In this document: one piece after another, positions 1-9,197 of the stretch
Position numbering within the stretch: the first letter of the stretch is position 1
How the letters are laid out: the number at the start of each line of letters is the position of its first letter
Assembly: GCF_000143415.4 (NCBI RefSeq)
Contig: NW_003314420.1
Span: 1 to 11,901 of the forward strand
DNA from: Selaginella moellendorffii
Lineage: Eukaryota > Plantae > Lycopodiophyta
DNA: 11,901 nt
Direction of reading: 5' to 3'
Translations under genes and position numbers: made by a program
The notes under the pieces: model-generated
Told to the model about the DNA's origin: nothing
The model's input: only the letters and a program-made list of their open reading frames with translations
Databases searched by the model: none

Positions 1-218
1 CTTCCATTTTTGGCTTTGTCCAATTCAAGTAGACAGTCTTCTCCTGTCTCCGCCACCTTGGACATTTGGATAGCACCTTCTATCCATCATTCGCTAAGGA
101 CTTAGTCCCTTGGGCCTTATCTATTGCCCCCGCGACATCAAACACCACCTCCTGGTGTTCTAGAGTGTTTGGGTGTCCTAATGACGGCTTCCTTGACAAT
201 GAGTATTTCAATGTGGAT

Positions 219-413
219 TGTAAGCAACCAAAGGGAACGACTCGAGAAAAGATCCATAGGGGTTCAAATATAGAGGGAAAGGGCCCATGAATAAGAGTGC
301 ACCCCCTTTTCCAATCGGTTAAGGGTCTTGGGATATTTGGGGTTAAGCGTCCTTGGGTTTGAATAGTACTGGGCTGGGTGACCTCCCGGGAAGTCCAAAC
401 TCAGGAGCTTACA
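219..413 (+). repeat. Cassandra 5' LTR (195 bp)
   Basis: Manual alignment to 604-797 gives 10 substitutions and 1 indel (~94% identity). Confidence 0.95.
342..396 (+). promoter_or_regulatory. 5S rRNA-derived segment (Pol III internal control region: A box, IE, C box) in the 5' LTR
   Basis: GTTAAGCGTCCTTGGGTTTGAATAGTACTGGGCTGGGTGACCTCCCGGGAAGTCC aligns without gaps to the recalled plant 5S rRNA segment GTTAAGCGTGCTTGGGCGAGAGTAGTACTAGGATGGGTGACCTCCTGGGAAGTCC (47/55). The 5' part and extreme 3' end of 5S are absent, so this is not an rRNA gene. Confidence 0.92.
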
Positions 414-415
414 TT

Positions 416-426
416 TGGTATCAGAG
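416..426 (+). other. Primer-binding site complementary to the 3' end of initiator tRNA-Met
   Basis: TGGTATCAGAG lies 2 nt after the 5' LTR end; canonical plant tRNA-iMet PBS. Confidence 0.93.
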
Positions 427-603
427 GGGTCTCAGGTCCGACTCTGTTGGTTGGCTAGGGGAATCGCACCATATATTGATTGATATCTGGCTGGTCCAGT
501 TTGCTCCTGCTGGGCTCGACCAGAGGGGTAGGGTGTCAAGAGAGCGGGGCTCTCGGTCCCTTCCATTCACGAGGGCGTGAACTTGCAGGGAAGCGTGGTG
601 GAT

Positions 604-797
604 TGTAAGCAACCAAAGGGAACGACTCAAGAGACGATCCATAGGGGTTCAAATATAGAGGAAAGGGCCCATAAATAAGAGTGCACCCCCTTTTCCAATC
701 AATTAAGGGTGTTGGGATATTTGGGGCTAAGCGTCCTTGGGTTTGAATAGTACTGGGCTAGGTGACCTCCCGAGAAGTCCAAACTCAGGAGCTTACA
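604..797 (+). repeat. Cassandra 3' LTR (194 bp)
   Basis: Direct repeat of 219-413, immediately preceded by the PPT-like AGGGAAGCGTGGTGGAT. Confidence 0.95.
726..780 (+). promoter_or_regulatory. 5S rRNA-derived segment in the 3' LTR (more decayed copy)
   Basis: Same segment as 342-396 with three further substitutions (GCTAAGCG, CTAGGTGA, CCGAGAAG). Confidence 0.9.
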
Positions 798-1099
798 AGG
801 CACAATGAATGTTTATCTACTTAAAATATCTTTATATTCAAAATTATAAATCTTAAATAAAAAATAATAAGTAAAACATAACTATTCATATTTATTCATT
901 TAATATGATCTCATCAAAAAAGTTATTAAAATAATTAAAGCGCTTCAAGAAGCCCAGGTAGGTTTTGAGCTCATGAGCTCATGACTTCTCAAACATAAGG
1001 AAAAACATTGGTTCGTCCTGAACCAACATCTTTTCATTTTTAAAATTTTGATTTAATCTATATTTCCAAGAAAATTCGACTAATAATACACAAATATAA

Positions 1100-3720
1100 A
1101 TATAGATTCAAACACTAAAAGCAATCTAGAAACACTTCTCAAGCTCTACAATTGTAAGGCTTGCCTAATGTCGACCTTAGGATCTTGGTTTAGTTCTTGC
1201 ATAAAAATGTAATAGATGTGCTTTTAGACTAAATATACCTTTCCCTTGTTCTCCTTCTATATAGAATCTGGACAGGTACAGGATGGATTTTTTGCAGATT
1301 CTGATAGTGTAGTTCGTACCCTTTGATGACTCAGCCACAATAACAAACTCCTTAGCCACGGCACTAATGTAGTTTATCCTTGTGATTGTGCATTTCAATG
1401 CCTTTGCAAGCTTAATCTTCTCTTGTGCACCTTTTGAAATAGAAGACCTATATTGTATAGCTTTCCCATTTCTAGCTAGTCATGTATGCCAATCTAGTGT
1501 TGACATTGGTGGTATAGTAGTATCAATAGCACAGAATTTGGTTTCGAGATAATTGAGTTATGGATCTAGTTTGTATGAGTAATATTAGTCCCACAACAGT
1601 AAATCCAACTTGACTGGTGGCCCTTTACCCCTAGATCTCGACAGCCCCAGAAATATGGTACTGCTGAAGAACTTGAACCTAAGCGCACAAATGCAAGACA
1701 CTGACCTCAACTCCCAATCATTCCAGAGCAATGTGCATTACTCTTGGCATTGACTATTTGAATTGCCTAGTTGATACGAGAAACTGGCTCACGAGCAATA
1801 ATCTTCTCAACCTCTAGAACTGGATTTACTTATGTAACAATTGGCACCTCCTCCACTCCATGTTCCTTAGTTCTTCTCCGGTGTCGTGGAACAGAATGGT
1901 AGTCAAACTTTGGACAGTGAGAGCTAGAAGGAGTGATGTTAGGCCCATCAAATGTCTGTCAATGCTTCATACAGGTTGTCCTCATGTCCCCAAGTGGTTC
2001 ATAATTTGATTCTATAGGAGTTCCAATAACAACTTCCTTCACCATCTTAAATATTAACCCTGTTGCTAGTGTTGTCCTTCTACCAACTCGCTCTTGAAGC
2101 TTGTTTAAGTTTGGGCCTGTACCAGCAAACCTTGCTTCTTGTGTAGCCAAAGCTTTTGATAACTACTCAAGAGATTTAGTGAGGTCAAAGAGTGTAGCTT
2201 CATAGAGGGACACTAATCCTTTCCTTGCTTCAGAAGTTCTCAAACTCTAATGTTTGTTTTCCTTTCCCTACTTCATAAGCTCTTTAACTCCAATGTTTAC
2301 TCTCAGAGAGATTTATTGTTGGTGTAAGTGCAATGTCTTCAAATGGTTGATCCTATAAAAATGTAACATTTAAATGTGACAAAAAAAGAAAATCAGAGAA
2401 AACTTACATGGAGAGTATAATGGCCTCACTAAAACATTTGAACTTCCCACTATGCAATCTAGCACTTCATTTGTGGAAGGTGTTCAATTGGCACTTTGTC
2501 TCTTTCATGCCACTATATGCACATCTCATTTGCTTTTGCCTCGTGCTCCTCTTTAGTTGGTGCATCCATCCATTCCTGACAAAGTTGCTTAAACTCGTGA
2601 TGGAAGCTAAACTTAATGCATTGACAATGTTCATTGACACTCTTTGTCTAATGAAACTCACAACTCTTCTCTCTACTTTGTAATGGCTAACTTTTATCAC
2701 CTTAAAAAACTTGTCATACAGCCAGCCAGTTAGCATCAACAGCATCTGCTATGAAACTGCAGAAGTTTAGTTTCTTCCTAGTTCGCTGTTCAACAACCTT
2801 GGACATACATGTCTAAAAGACGGTTTGAACTTGGAAATCTTGAACTTTGAATTTGGCTATAGCTATAGTCAAGTTTCACTGCAATCTGTAGAAGGAATGG
2901 TTATAATGTAAATTGATATGGAATCCTTAAAAAATGAAAAGCCACTTACTTGTGATCATAAACATAAGGTATTATTTTTGACCAGCCTAAAACTTGTTCT
3001 ATATGGTCAAAATGGATCCAAGAATTAGTGAAGTCCCCATCTCCATCCATATCCATTCGTTGTACAAGGTCCACACCAAAAGCAGGACTAAGGGTGGACA
3101 TCTTAAAGATGAAAGGGTGTTGATTGTTTGAAGTCACTTGGCTAATGAACAAGCTCCCATGAATAAATTCATAAAGACATTTTCTTTTTAACTCTAAAAT
3201 CGCATCTAATATAGATTGAAGCTTTCTATCTCACCCTTCTTGCATCCAATTCTTTATTTTGCCAAAAAAAGAGGGTTTCTAGTGATAAAGTAGAGTTAAG
3301 TATTAATTTATACCTGTTTAAATTTGTCACAGGTTCTATATTTTGAAGTAGGTCCTTGAAGTTGTTCTCTATGAACTCATTTTTGTTATCAGCTTGTAAC
3401 AACATGTCTACCACATAGTCCTTTAGTACAGACTATTGAACACACTTTGGAGTTGCGACACTTTTCTTCCCAGCCTCTGTACCTTCAAATTGAGAAAAGA
3501 ATCATAGCGGATTCCTTCCTCTATTGCGTGTTAGTGGTATCCAACATGCACTGTTGCTCTGCCTAAACATCCATCCTGTGGAAGAAAATAATACATTTTT
3601 GCATCACAACATGCTTGAGATACAGATGTTCCCCACATTTGCGACATCTAAACCCTGTAATAACCTCATCATGCCTAGAGGGGATTGATTGCTAAGCTTT
3701 CGAAGAAACACATATTCTTG
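1100..3720 (-). mobile_element. Decayed Mutator-like (MULE) DDE transposase with WRKY/GCM-like zinc motif and C-terminal SWIM finger; 5'-truncated; at least two introns
   Basis: Manual minus-strand translation through stops and frameshifts: CRKC..CDAKMYYF..RATVHVGYH*H (~3650-3525); FIFKMS..GVDLVQRM..WIHFDH (D at 3006-3008); intron 2886-2949; NFCSFIADAVDANWLAV (D at 2744-2746); REKSCEFH* (CxxH, 2651-2662); intron 2353-2407; PTINLSESKH (E at 2302-2304); SLYEATLFD..GTGP; YTIRICK/NPSCTCPD...LV*KHIYYIF (SWIM, ~1310-1200). Both introns splice in frame. No TIRs identified. Confidence 0.8.
2217..2298. repeat. Old tandem duplication (two 39-bp copies, 43-bp period) inside the transposase
   Basis: 2217-2255 versus 2260-2298 differ at 7 of 39 positions. 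They encode KH*SLRTSEARKG and KHWS*RAYEVGKG. The 43-bp period shifts the frame. Confidence 0.85.
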
Positions 3721-3724
3721 CCAT

Positions 3725-6040
3725 GACTGTTTCAAATACAAGATGGGCAATGCCGCTATCTCTATCTGTTGTGGCAGTTGTAAAGAATTGATATACCTTG
3801 ACTCTGAAAAGTTTGTTACCATAAACGTAATTTTCCAGCCAGATTTCCCGCTGCACACCATTTGAGAGACACAACGGATGATAAATTCTTGTATTTCAAC
3901 AGAGGCACTTCTCTGCATGATGATGACAAAAGGCTGCATAAACTCACTCTAGAAGTTGTAATTTGCAAGCTCTTCATGATCCATGAATTTCATCGCTAAC
4001 TGCCGCAGAGAGTCCATGGCATACATAGCAACTGAGAAATTGCTTGAACACCCAACAGTAACAAGATAGTCAGACAATGTATTCCACATCCTGCTCTAGA
4101 CCAGCCTGATCCGATTCATATTGAAGTGCCTACACAACAAGTGAGTGAATACATCACAATCAAATCACTTACGAGATTTCCACAATTTTGTGAGACTGAA
4201 CACTCGTGGATCAGTAGGAGATCGCAGTTCATCCATGGACACTTTGCACAATGCTTTTACAAAGTCCACAATTCCTTCACTACTTAAGGCTTGACTTCGA
4301 GTAAAAAATTTGTTAGCTTCGTTTGAATCGATTTGACCAAGCAAACTGAGATTTGAAAAAAGATTACTCATTTTCTCTGGAGTGACTGCACCAGGTATTG
4401 GGCTCTGCCTGCCACCAGTACTGTCATATGGTCCTGGATGTGCAGCTAGAGCAGCAAAATGCAATCTTCCTTTTCTTTTTGGAGCAGTTAATAGCTTAGT
4501 ATTTTCTGGATCGTTTGAAAAGAAAGTAGCATCATGAAGAGCCGCCGATGAGATAAAGCTGATCAATCGTGAAACGCATGTAAGTACATGCTCCCATGCG
4601 TGCTGCAAATAATTTCCTTATTCATTTGCAATATTTGGCCTGGGTCAATCACACTAAATTTATCTTGATAGCATTCACGTTTTTCTACTTGATATCCACA
4701 GGAGAATGTAGCGATGTAAACTTTGCAAGAGAAGTCACGGAAGCATCCTGCTGTATTTGCATGCACATCACTGCAGTGCCTGAACCCTTCCAGGCACGGT
4801 GAAGTCACACCTCGTCGTCTCTCTTGTCTAGTGGGACACTAAGCCCCGCATCCCCATGAAACTTCTACCATTGGCTTAAAAATTTCCATGTCTGTCGCAG
4901 CATAGTATGCAGATCTAGTAGAAAATGAAGGCAATGCTACCAAAACAATAAGGAAACAGTGAAGCTTACTCTGGTTTCTCAGCTTTTTCTTTGAGTTGAT
5001 CTTGCATATAACGAATCACGTCTTCACTGGACTCAAACAGTCTCTTCTTTGGGCTTTCGGATAACTATGTTCATGATGTTGTCAATCCCAGCAGGAGATT
5101 ATTGTCCTTCCCAGCTGGGTTTGTGACCGGAATAACATTATCCGCTTTCATTTTAATTTCTTTGTTCACTATACGGTCGTATAGTCCTCCCATAAACTCT
5201 TCAGGAAGATCCTTTCCATTGTCAATACCTCCGTTAGTTTTTATAAATGCAGCTTTAGACATCTGTAATAGCCCATGAGTGAGATCTTGGAAGGAAGTGG
5301 AAGCATTTGGTCACCTCATCTTTCACCATCGGATTACAGGTGCAATATCGCTCTGCAAATTTTCCATTGTCCTATTTATCTTCTGATCCCCAGGGAGACT
5401 GAATCCCATCAAGAATGTTCGTATCGACATGTCAAACTCCATATTATGACAGTTGGAGTCAACATAGGCGTGCATAAATGAAAACTCCTCTTTTTCACCC
5501 AGGTAATCCCCGATCAGGCCTTTGTTGAGACCTATGGTACTCAGAAGGAACTTGACAACCTCTTCAGGAATTTTCTCCACTTTCTTGGCTTTTACAATGA
5601 AATCAATACCCTTGCAGGCTTCTGGTTGAATAATATGATTCCTTCCTGCAGTGTAAAAAGCTTGTAATTGAATGCCCAGTCCTTCATGCATCCCTGGTGT
5701 ATAAGGTGGAAAGTTACAGACGAAATTCACAGCACTTGCGCTTATTTACAATGAAGCAGGGATAGAGATTACCTGAAGCTCAAGCTTGTGAACACGTCTT
5801 TGCTCAACAGTAACTGCACTTTCAGTTGATGCTTGATCTGTTTCTAATGGTTCAGCCGACTTCTGTAGCAATAGCTCCTGCTGTGGATACGGTTGCAGCG
5901 TCCCAGTTTGCCATTTTCCATGTCTGAGCTGCTGGAGTATGGAGGGTTCGAGGTGCCAAGTTTCTTCTCCATCCAATTTCCCATCGCCTTTAATATTCCT
6001 GTCAAACACTTCATGGCAGTAAGCTTCAAGTTTGATAAAC
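3725..6040 (-). pseudogene. BIG: Internal fragment of a BIG-type (brefeldin A-inhibited) Sec7 ARF-GEF pseudogene, from the end of the HUS region through Sec7 into the HDS domains
   Basis: Motifs: KLTAMKCLTGILKAMGNWM; EQRRVHKLELQ|EGIILFNQKP; GLNKGLIGDYLGEKE; GFSLPGDQKI; GIDNGKDLPEEFMGGLYDRIVNKEIKMK; SLAKFTSLHSP; YLQHAWEHVLTCVSR; IVDFVKALCKVSMDELRSPTDPRVFSLTK; HFNMNRIRLV*SRMW; MDSLRQLAMKF; IIRCVSQMV..KSGWK. GT-AG introns at 5646-5772, 5263-5314, 4915-4969 and 4130-4172, plus a degraded one near 3788-3819. Multiple frameshifts, stops and deletions. Confidence 0.96.
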
Positions 6041-6497
6041 CTGCAATCCTTACTGTTATTGCTGAGATTACGCATGTTTGTCAGCAAAAATTCTTGCATA
6101 ATCTGCCATGGATGAAGCCCCCACTATGTAGAGAACAAGGACGAAATGCTGGTTGCTATCTTCCAAGGAGCGCCATAGCTTGATGGAAATGGATGCTGTG
6201 TAAGCTGGCTTCTTTTTCTTCTCAGGAAGAACCTGTGATGCGAGTTGTGAATGGCTGGTACACTGGCTGGGACATAATTTCCCAGGAGAGAAATCTCATT
6301 GTTCCATTGCCCTAAGCGTCACAAACAAAAATTTAAAGCGTTATCACCCTTATGCCATGTGTTTTAATCTAGGCTGTTGTTTGAAAGTCTTTAATTATCA
6401 ACCATCAGATTTTAAGTATATCCATAAATAATATTCTAAAAATGGAATAAAAGATGCCGGATGCCATATGCCAATAGCACTTTTAAATAAGGGAGTA

Positions 6498-6524
6498 CTA
6501 GCAAAAGTCCCAGCTACGTTGGGA
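6498..6524 (-). mobile_element. Helitron-type 3' terminus (subterminal hairpin then CTAG, followed by T)
   Basis: The minus strand reads TCCCAAC-GTA-GCTGGGA (7-bp stem, one mismatch; 6524-6508), then CTTTTG, then CTAG|T. The element body would extend to higher coordinates through the AT-rich 6540-6810 tract. 5' end not established. Confidence 0.65.
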
Positions 6525-7537
6525 GCATCGTGTTTATTCCTGATGTTTTAGTAATTTCAAAGAGTTGTAATTGTAATTTTTAACATAATCATTATTATAG
6601 CATACATAATTAAACATAATATAATATTTATATTGAAAGTCCCTTTTACATAAATTATGCTTAATATATAAATTATTGTTATATTATAACATGCTATATT
6701 ATAATGTATATATAATTTTTTGTTTTTTTTAGTATCATGATTTTTATGATATTAAAATATTATAGAATAAGTTATTAATATCTTAAATCATAATTTATAG
6801 TATAATTTGTGTAACCAGAAGCCCATGCATGCATTGTCATAAAGTGTGGAATACAAATAGATTTCCTATTCCATCTACATGATCAACAAGAAATAGATGT
6901 GACTCACTCTTATTGTCTAATGCTAGCTTCCAATAGTGCTAGCTGGATGGTGTCACCCTAATAACTTGGATATGAGCATACATCACTTTTTTTCTCTGTG
7001 GCAAGTTGGCACATTGTGGCAGCATTACATCTTGAATCTCTGTCAGATCCTCATCACTATCAAGCTTCAAAAAAGCTAATCAGCTCACTACCCTGGCCTG
7101 AATTACCCTAATGCCTGGCTAGATAAAGAAGATATATCTTAGCCCACATATCAATGTAGAGTTCAAATGGCCAGTCCCGCATGTAAAGCTTCTGCATTGG
7201 AAACAATTTTCCAAAGATATTTGTCATCACAACGTTTGCTTTCCATTGAAAAAAAATGCGAAGGAGAAGAACATGATAATTCGTTGAGAGAAAAAATACA
7301 AGAAACAACCTTGTGTTTCTTTCAGTTAGATTCACTGTTTGTTTCAGAGTTCAAGTAAAAAAGGTTTCTCACAAAAAGAATAGCAGATTGTATAATTTAT
7401 GATGTTGAAGTGTTCAGAGTACATCCACACTTTCATACTTCGCATTTATACATTTTTATAAGTAACTAAAATTTATTTTCTAATATAATACCTGCAGTCA
7501 AAAAAGTTATATGTGTATTAATACTAAATTATAATAG

Positions 7538-7755
7538 NNNNNNNNNNNNNNNNNNNNNNNNNNNNNNNNNNNNNNNNNNNNNNNNNNNNNNNNNNNNNNN
7601 NNNNNNNNNNNNNNNNNNNNNNNNNNNNNNNNNNNNNNNNNNNNNNNNNNNNNNNNNNNNNNNNNNNNNNNNNNNNNNNNNNNNNNNNNNNNNNNNNNNN
7701 NNNNNNNNNNNNNNNNNNNNNNNNNNNNNNNNNNNNNNNNNNNNNNNNNNNNNNN
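7538..7755. other. Assembly gap (218 N)
   Basis: Run of N. Confidence 1.
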
Positions 7756-9047
7756 CTTCATCAGCATTTCACTTGACAAGTTCTTGTCAACTCATCCATG
7801 ATGTTTTGCATTTTATCTAACACTTATTTTGCTTTTACTTTTGATTGTTGCCTAGTTGACGGTTTGTTTGCATGGTTGGTTGTGTAGAATTTATTGTCTT
7901 TATCCATCTTCCTCTTGCCACTTTTTATGCTTAGAAACTTAATACATACATAGGTAAACTTCATGTTTATGTTAAGCATTAGTCCTTAATTCTTACCATC
8001 ACATCTCACCATTGTGGAGTTATCATTCTCCATCTCTTAAAAAATTTGGAGAGGTATTTTTTGAATCAACCTAACTTCTTTTGAGCCATCCATCAAAACT
8101 CTTATTCAGTTTCTATATAATAGTTGTGCTAACAGTGCATATACACGTGACTTAGATAGAAAATAAAGAGATAGTTTGAATTCAAGTCTCGGCAATAATG
8201 AAGCTCCTACAAAGCACAGAACTCATATGCTCACGCTTCACACACTTAAGCATATCCATCGCCACCTTTTGATCATCTCTCCAAGTCCTCGTGAACTTTA
8301 CAGGCACTAAGCAGTCACTAAGAAGTGAATGACATTCTCTTGATGAACCTATCTGCATAGTTCTCTTGAGAAAGTCTCCCACAGTACGTGCTCGTGTGAT
8401 AAGTCCACATTATCCACATTCTCATTATCATCAGGGTCATACAAGAGTGGAAGTGCCTGGAAATTTAGAAGCAGAGAAAACATTGTTCAAGTTATTACTT
8501 TCTGATCATTCCCAGAGGAAATAAGTGAAGAGTTAGGCAGCACACTGAGTACAAGAGTCACCAAATCTGTGATCCATACGCCACAAATAGTTGAGAACCG
8601 TATGGAACTGTTTGTAGGACTTTTCCAGAGGCTCATTATGCAAAGCCAATGTTGTTGTTGTCCTTGTGTTCTCCACCACATCATGTGAAGGAAAGACAGA
8701 GACAAATAGGGATCATCATAACAATCTCGAGGCTACCCCACCATGTGGAGATGATTCCAGTGGAGTGGTTCCATAAAGCTTCTCGATCTAGGCCCCAAGA
8801 ACATGTTATATTGAAATCCCTAGCAATGGCACTACCACAGAGAATGCTACCGTCCCAAATCCATGCTCAAGCCCTGGAAGAATGCGTGAAGCCCTATCTT
8901 CCGGCCTGCTATGAGAGTTCTAAACAGCACGGGAGGGTTTTTTTTGGTGGGTTCCTCTTCGCAGTGAATGGATTCTCTTTAGTGAGTGTGCAGTTCCATG
9001 TGCTGATATCAGTAGCACTAAAGAGGAGGAAAATTCTGTATTGGGAC

Positions 9048-9197
9048 NNNNNNNNNNNNNNNNNNNNNNNNNNNNNNNNNNNNNNNNNNNNNNNNNNNNN
9101 NNNNNNNNNNNNNNNNNNNNNNNNNNNNNNNNNNNNNNNNNNNNNNNNNNNNNNNNNNNNNNNNNNNNNNNNNNNNNNNNNNNNNNNNNNNNNNNNN
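9048..9197. other. Assembly gap (150 N)
   Basis: Run of N. Confidence 1.

Larger units (their letters stand above)
219..797 (+). mobile_element. Cassandra TRIM (non-autonomous LTR retrotransposon), both LTRs present
   Basis: Direct repeats 219-413 and 604-797, each TGTAAGC...GCTTACA (7-bp inverted termini, TG..CA). PBS TGGTATCAGAG at 416-426. Purine-rich tract 587-603 before the 3' LTR. Internal domain is 190 bp and non-coding. Each LTR carries a 5S rRNA-like segment, which is diagnostic of Cassandra. Confidence 0.96.

Noticed and set aside
1-212. Coding-like minus-strand frame left of Cassandra
   Set aside because: Short, contains a stop, truncated by the window edge, and no family recognised.
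342-396. Functional 5S rRNA gene or tandem 5S rDNA array
   Set aside because: Only ~55 nt of 5S is present, inside TG..CA LTRs with a PBS and PPT; there is no 5S 5' end or oligo-T terminator.
66-642. ORFs 66-290, 353-580 and 421-642
   Set aside because: Chance frames across a non-coding TRIM and its flank, with no recognisable motifs.
2408-6183. Plus-strand ORFs 2408-2683, 4596-4802, 5275-5481 and 5893-6183
   Set aside because: Antisense shadows of the minus-strand transposase and BIG pseudogene.
6486-6497. Stowaway/mariner-like end (..AAGGGAG-TA)
   Set aside because: No matching TACTCCCT partner found in the window; the match is too short.
7773-7790. Perfect 8-bp inverted repeat TTGACAAG-TT-CTTGTCAA
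   Set aside because: Isolated, next to a gap, with no CTRR end or other context; can arise by chance.
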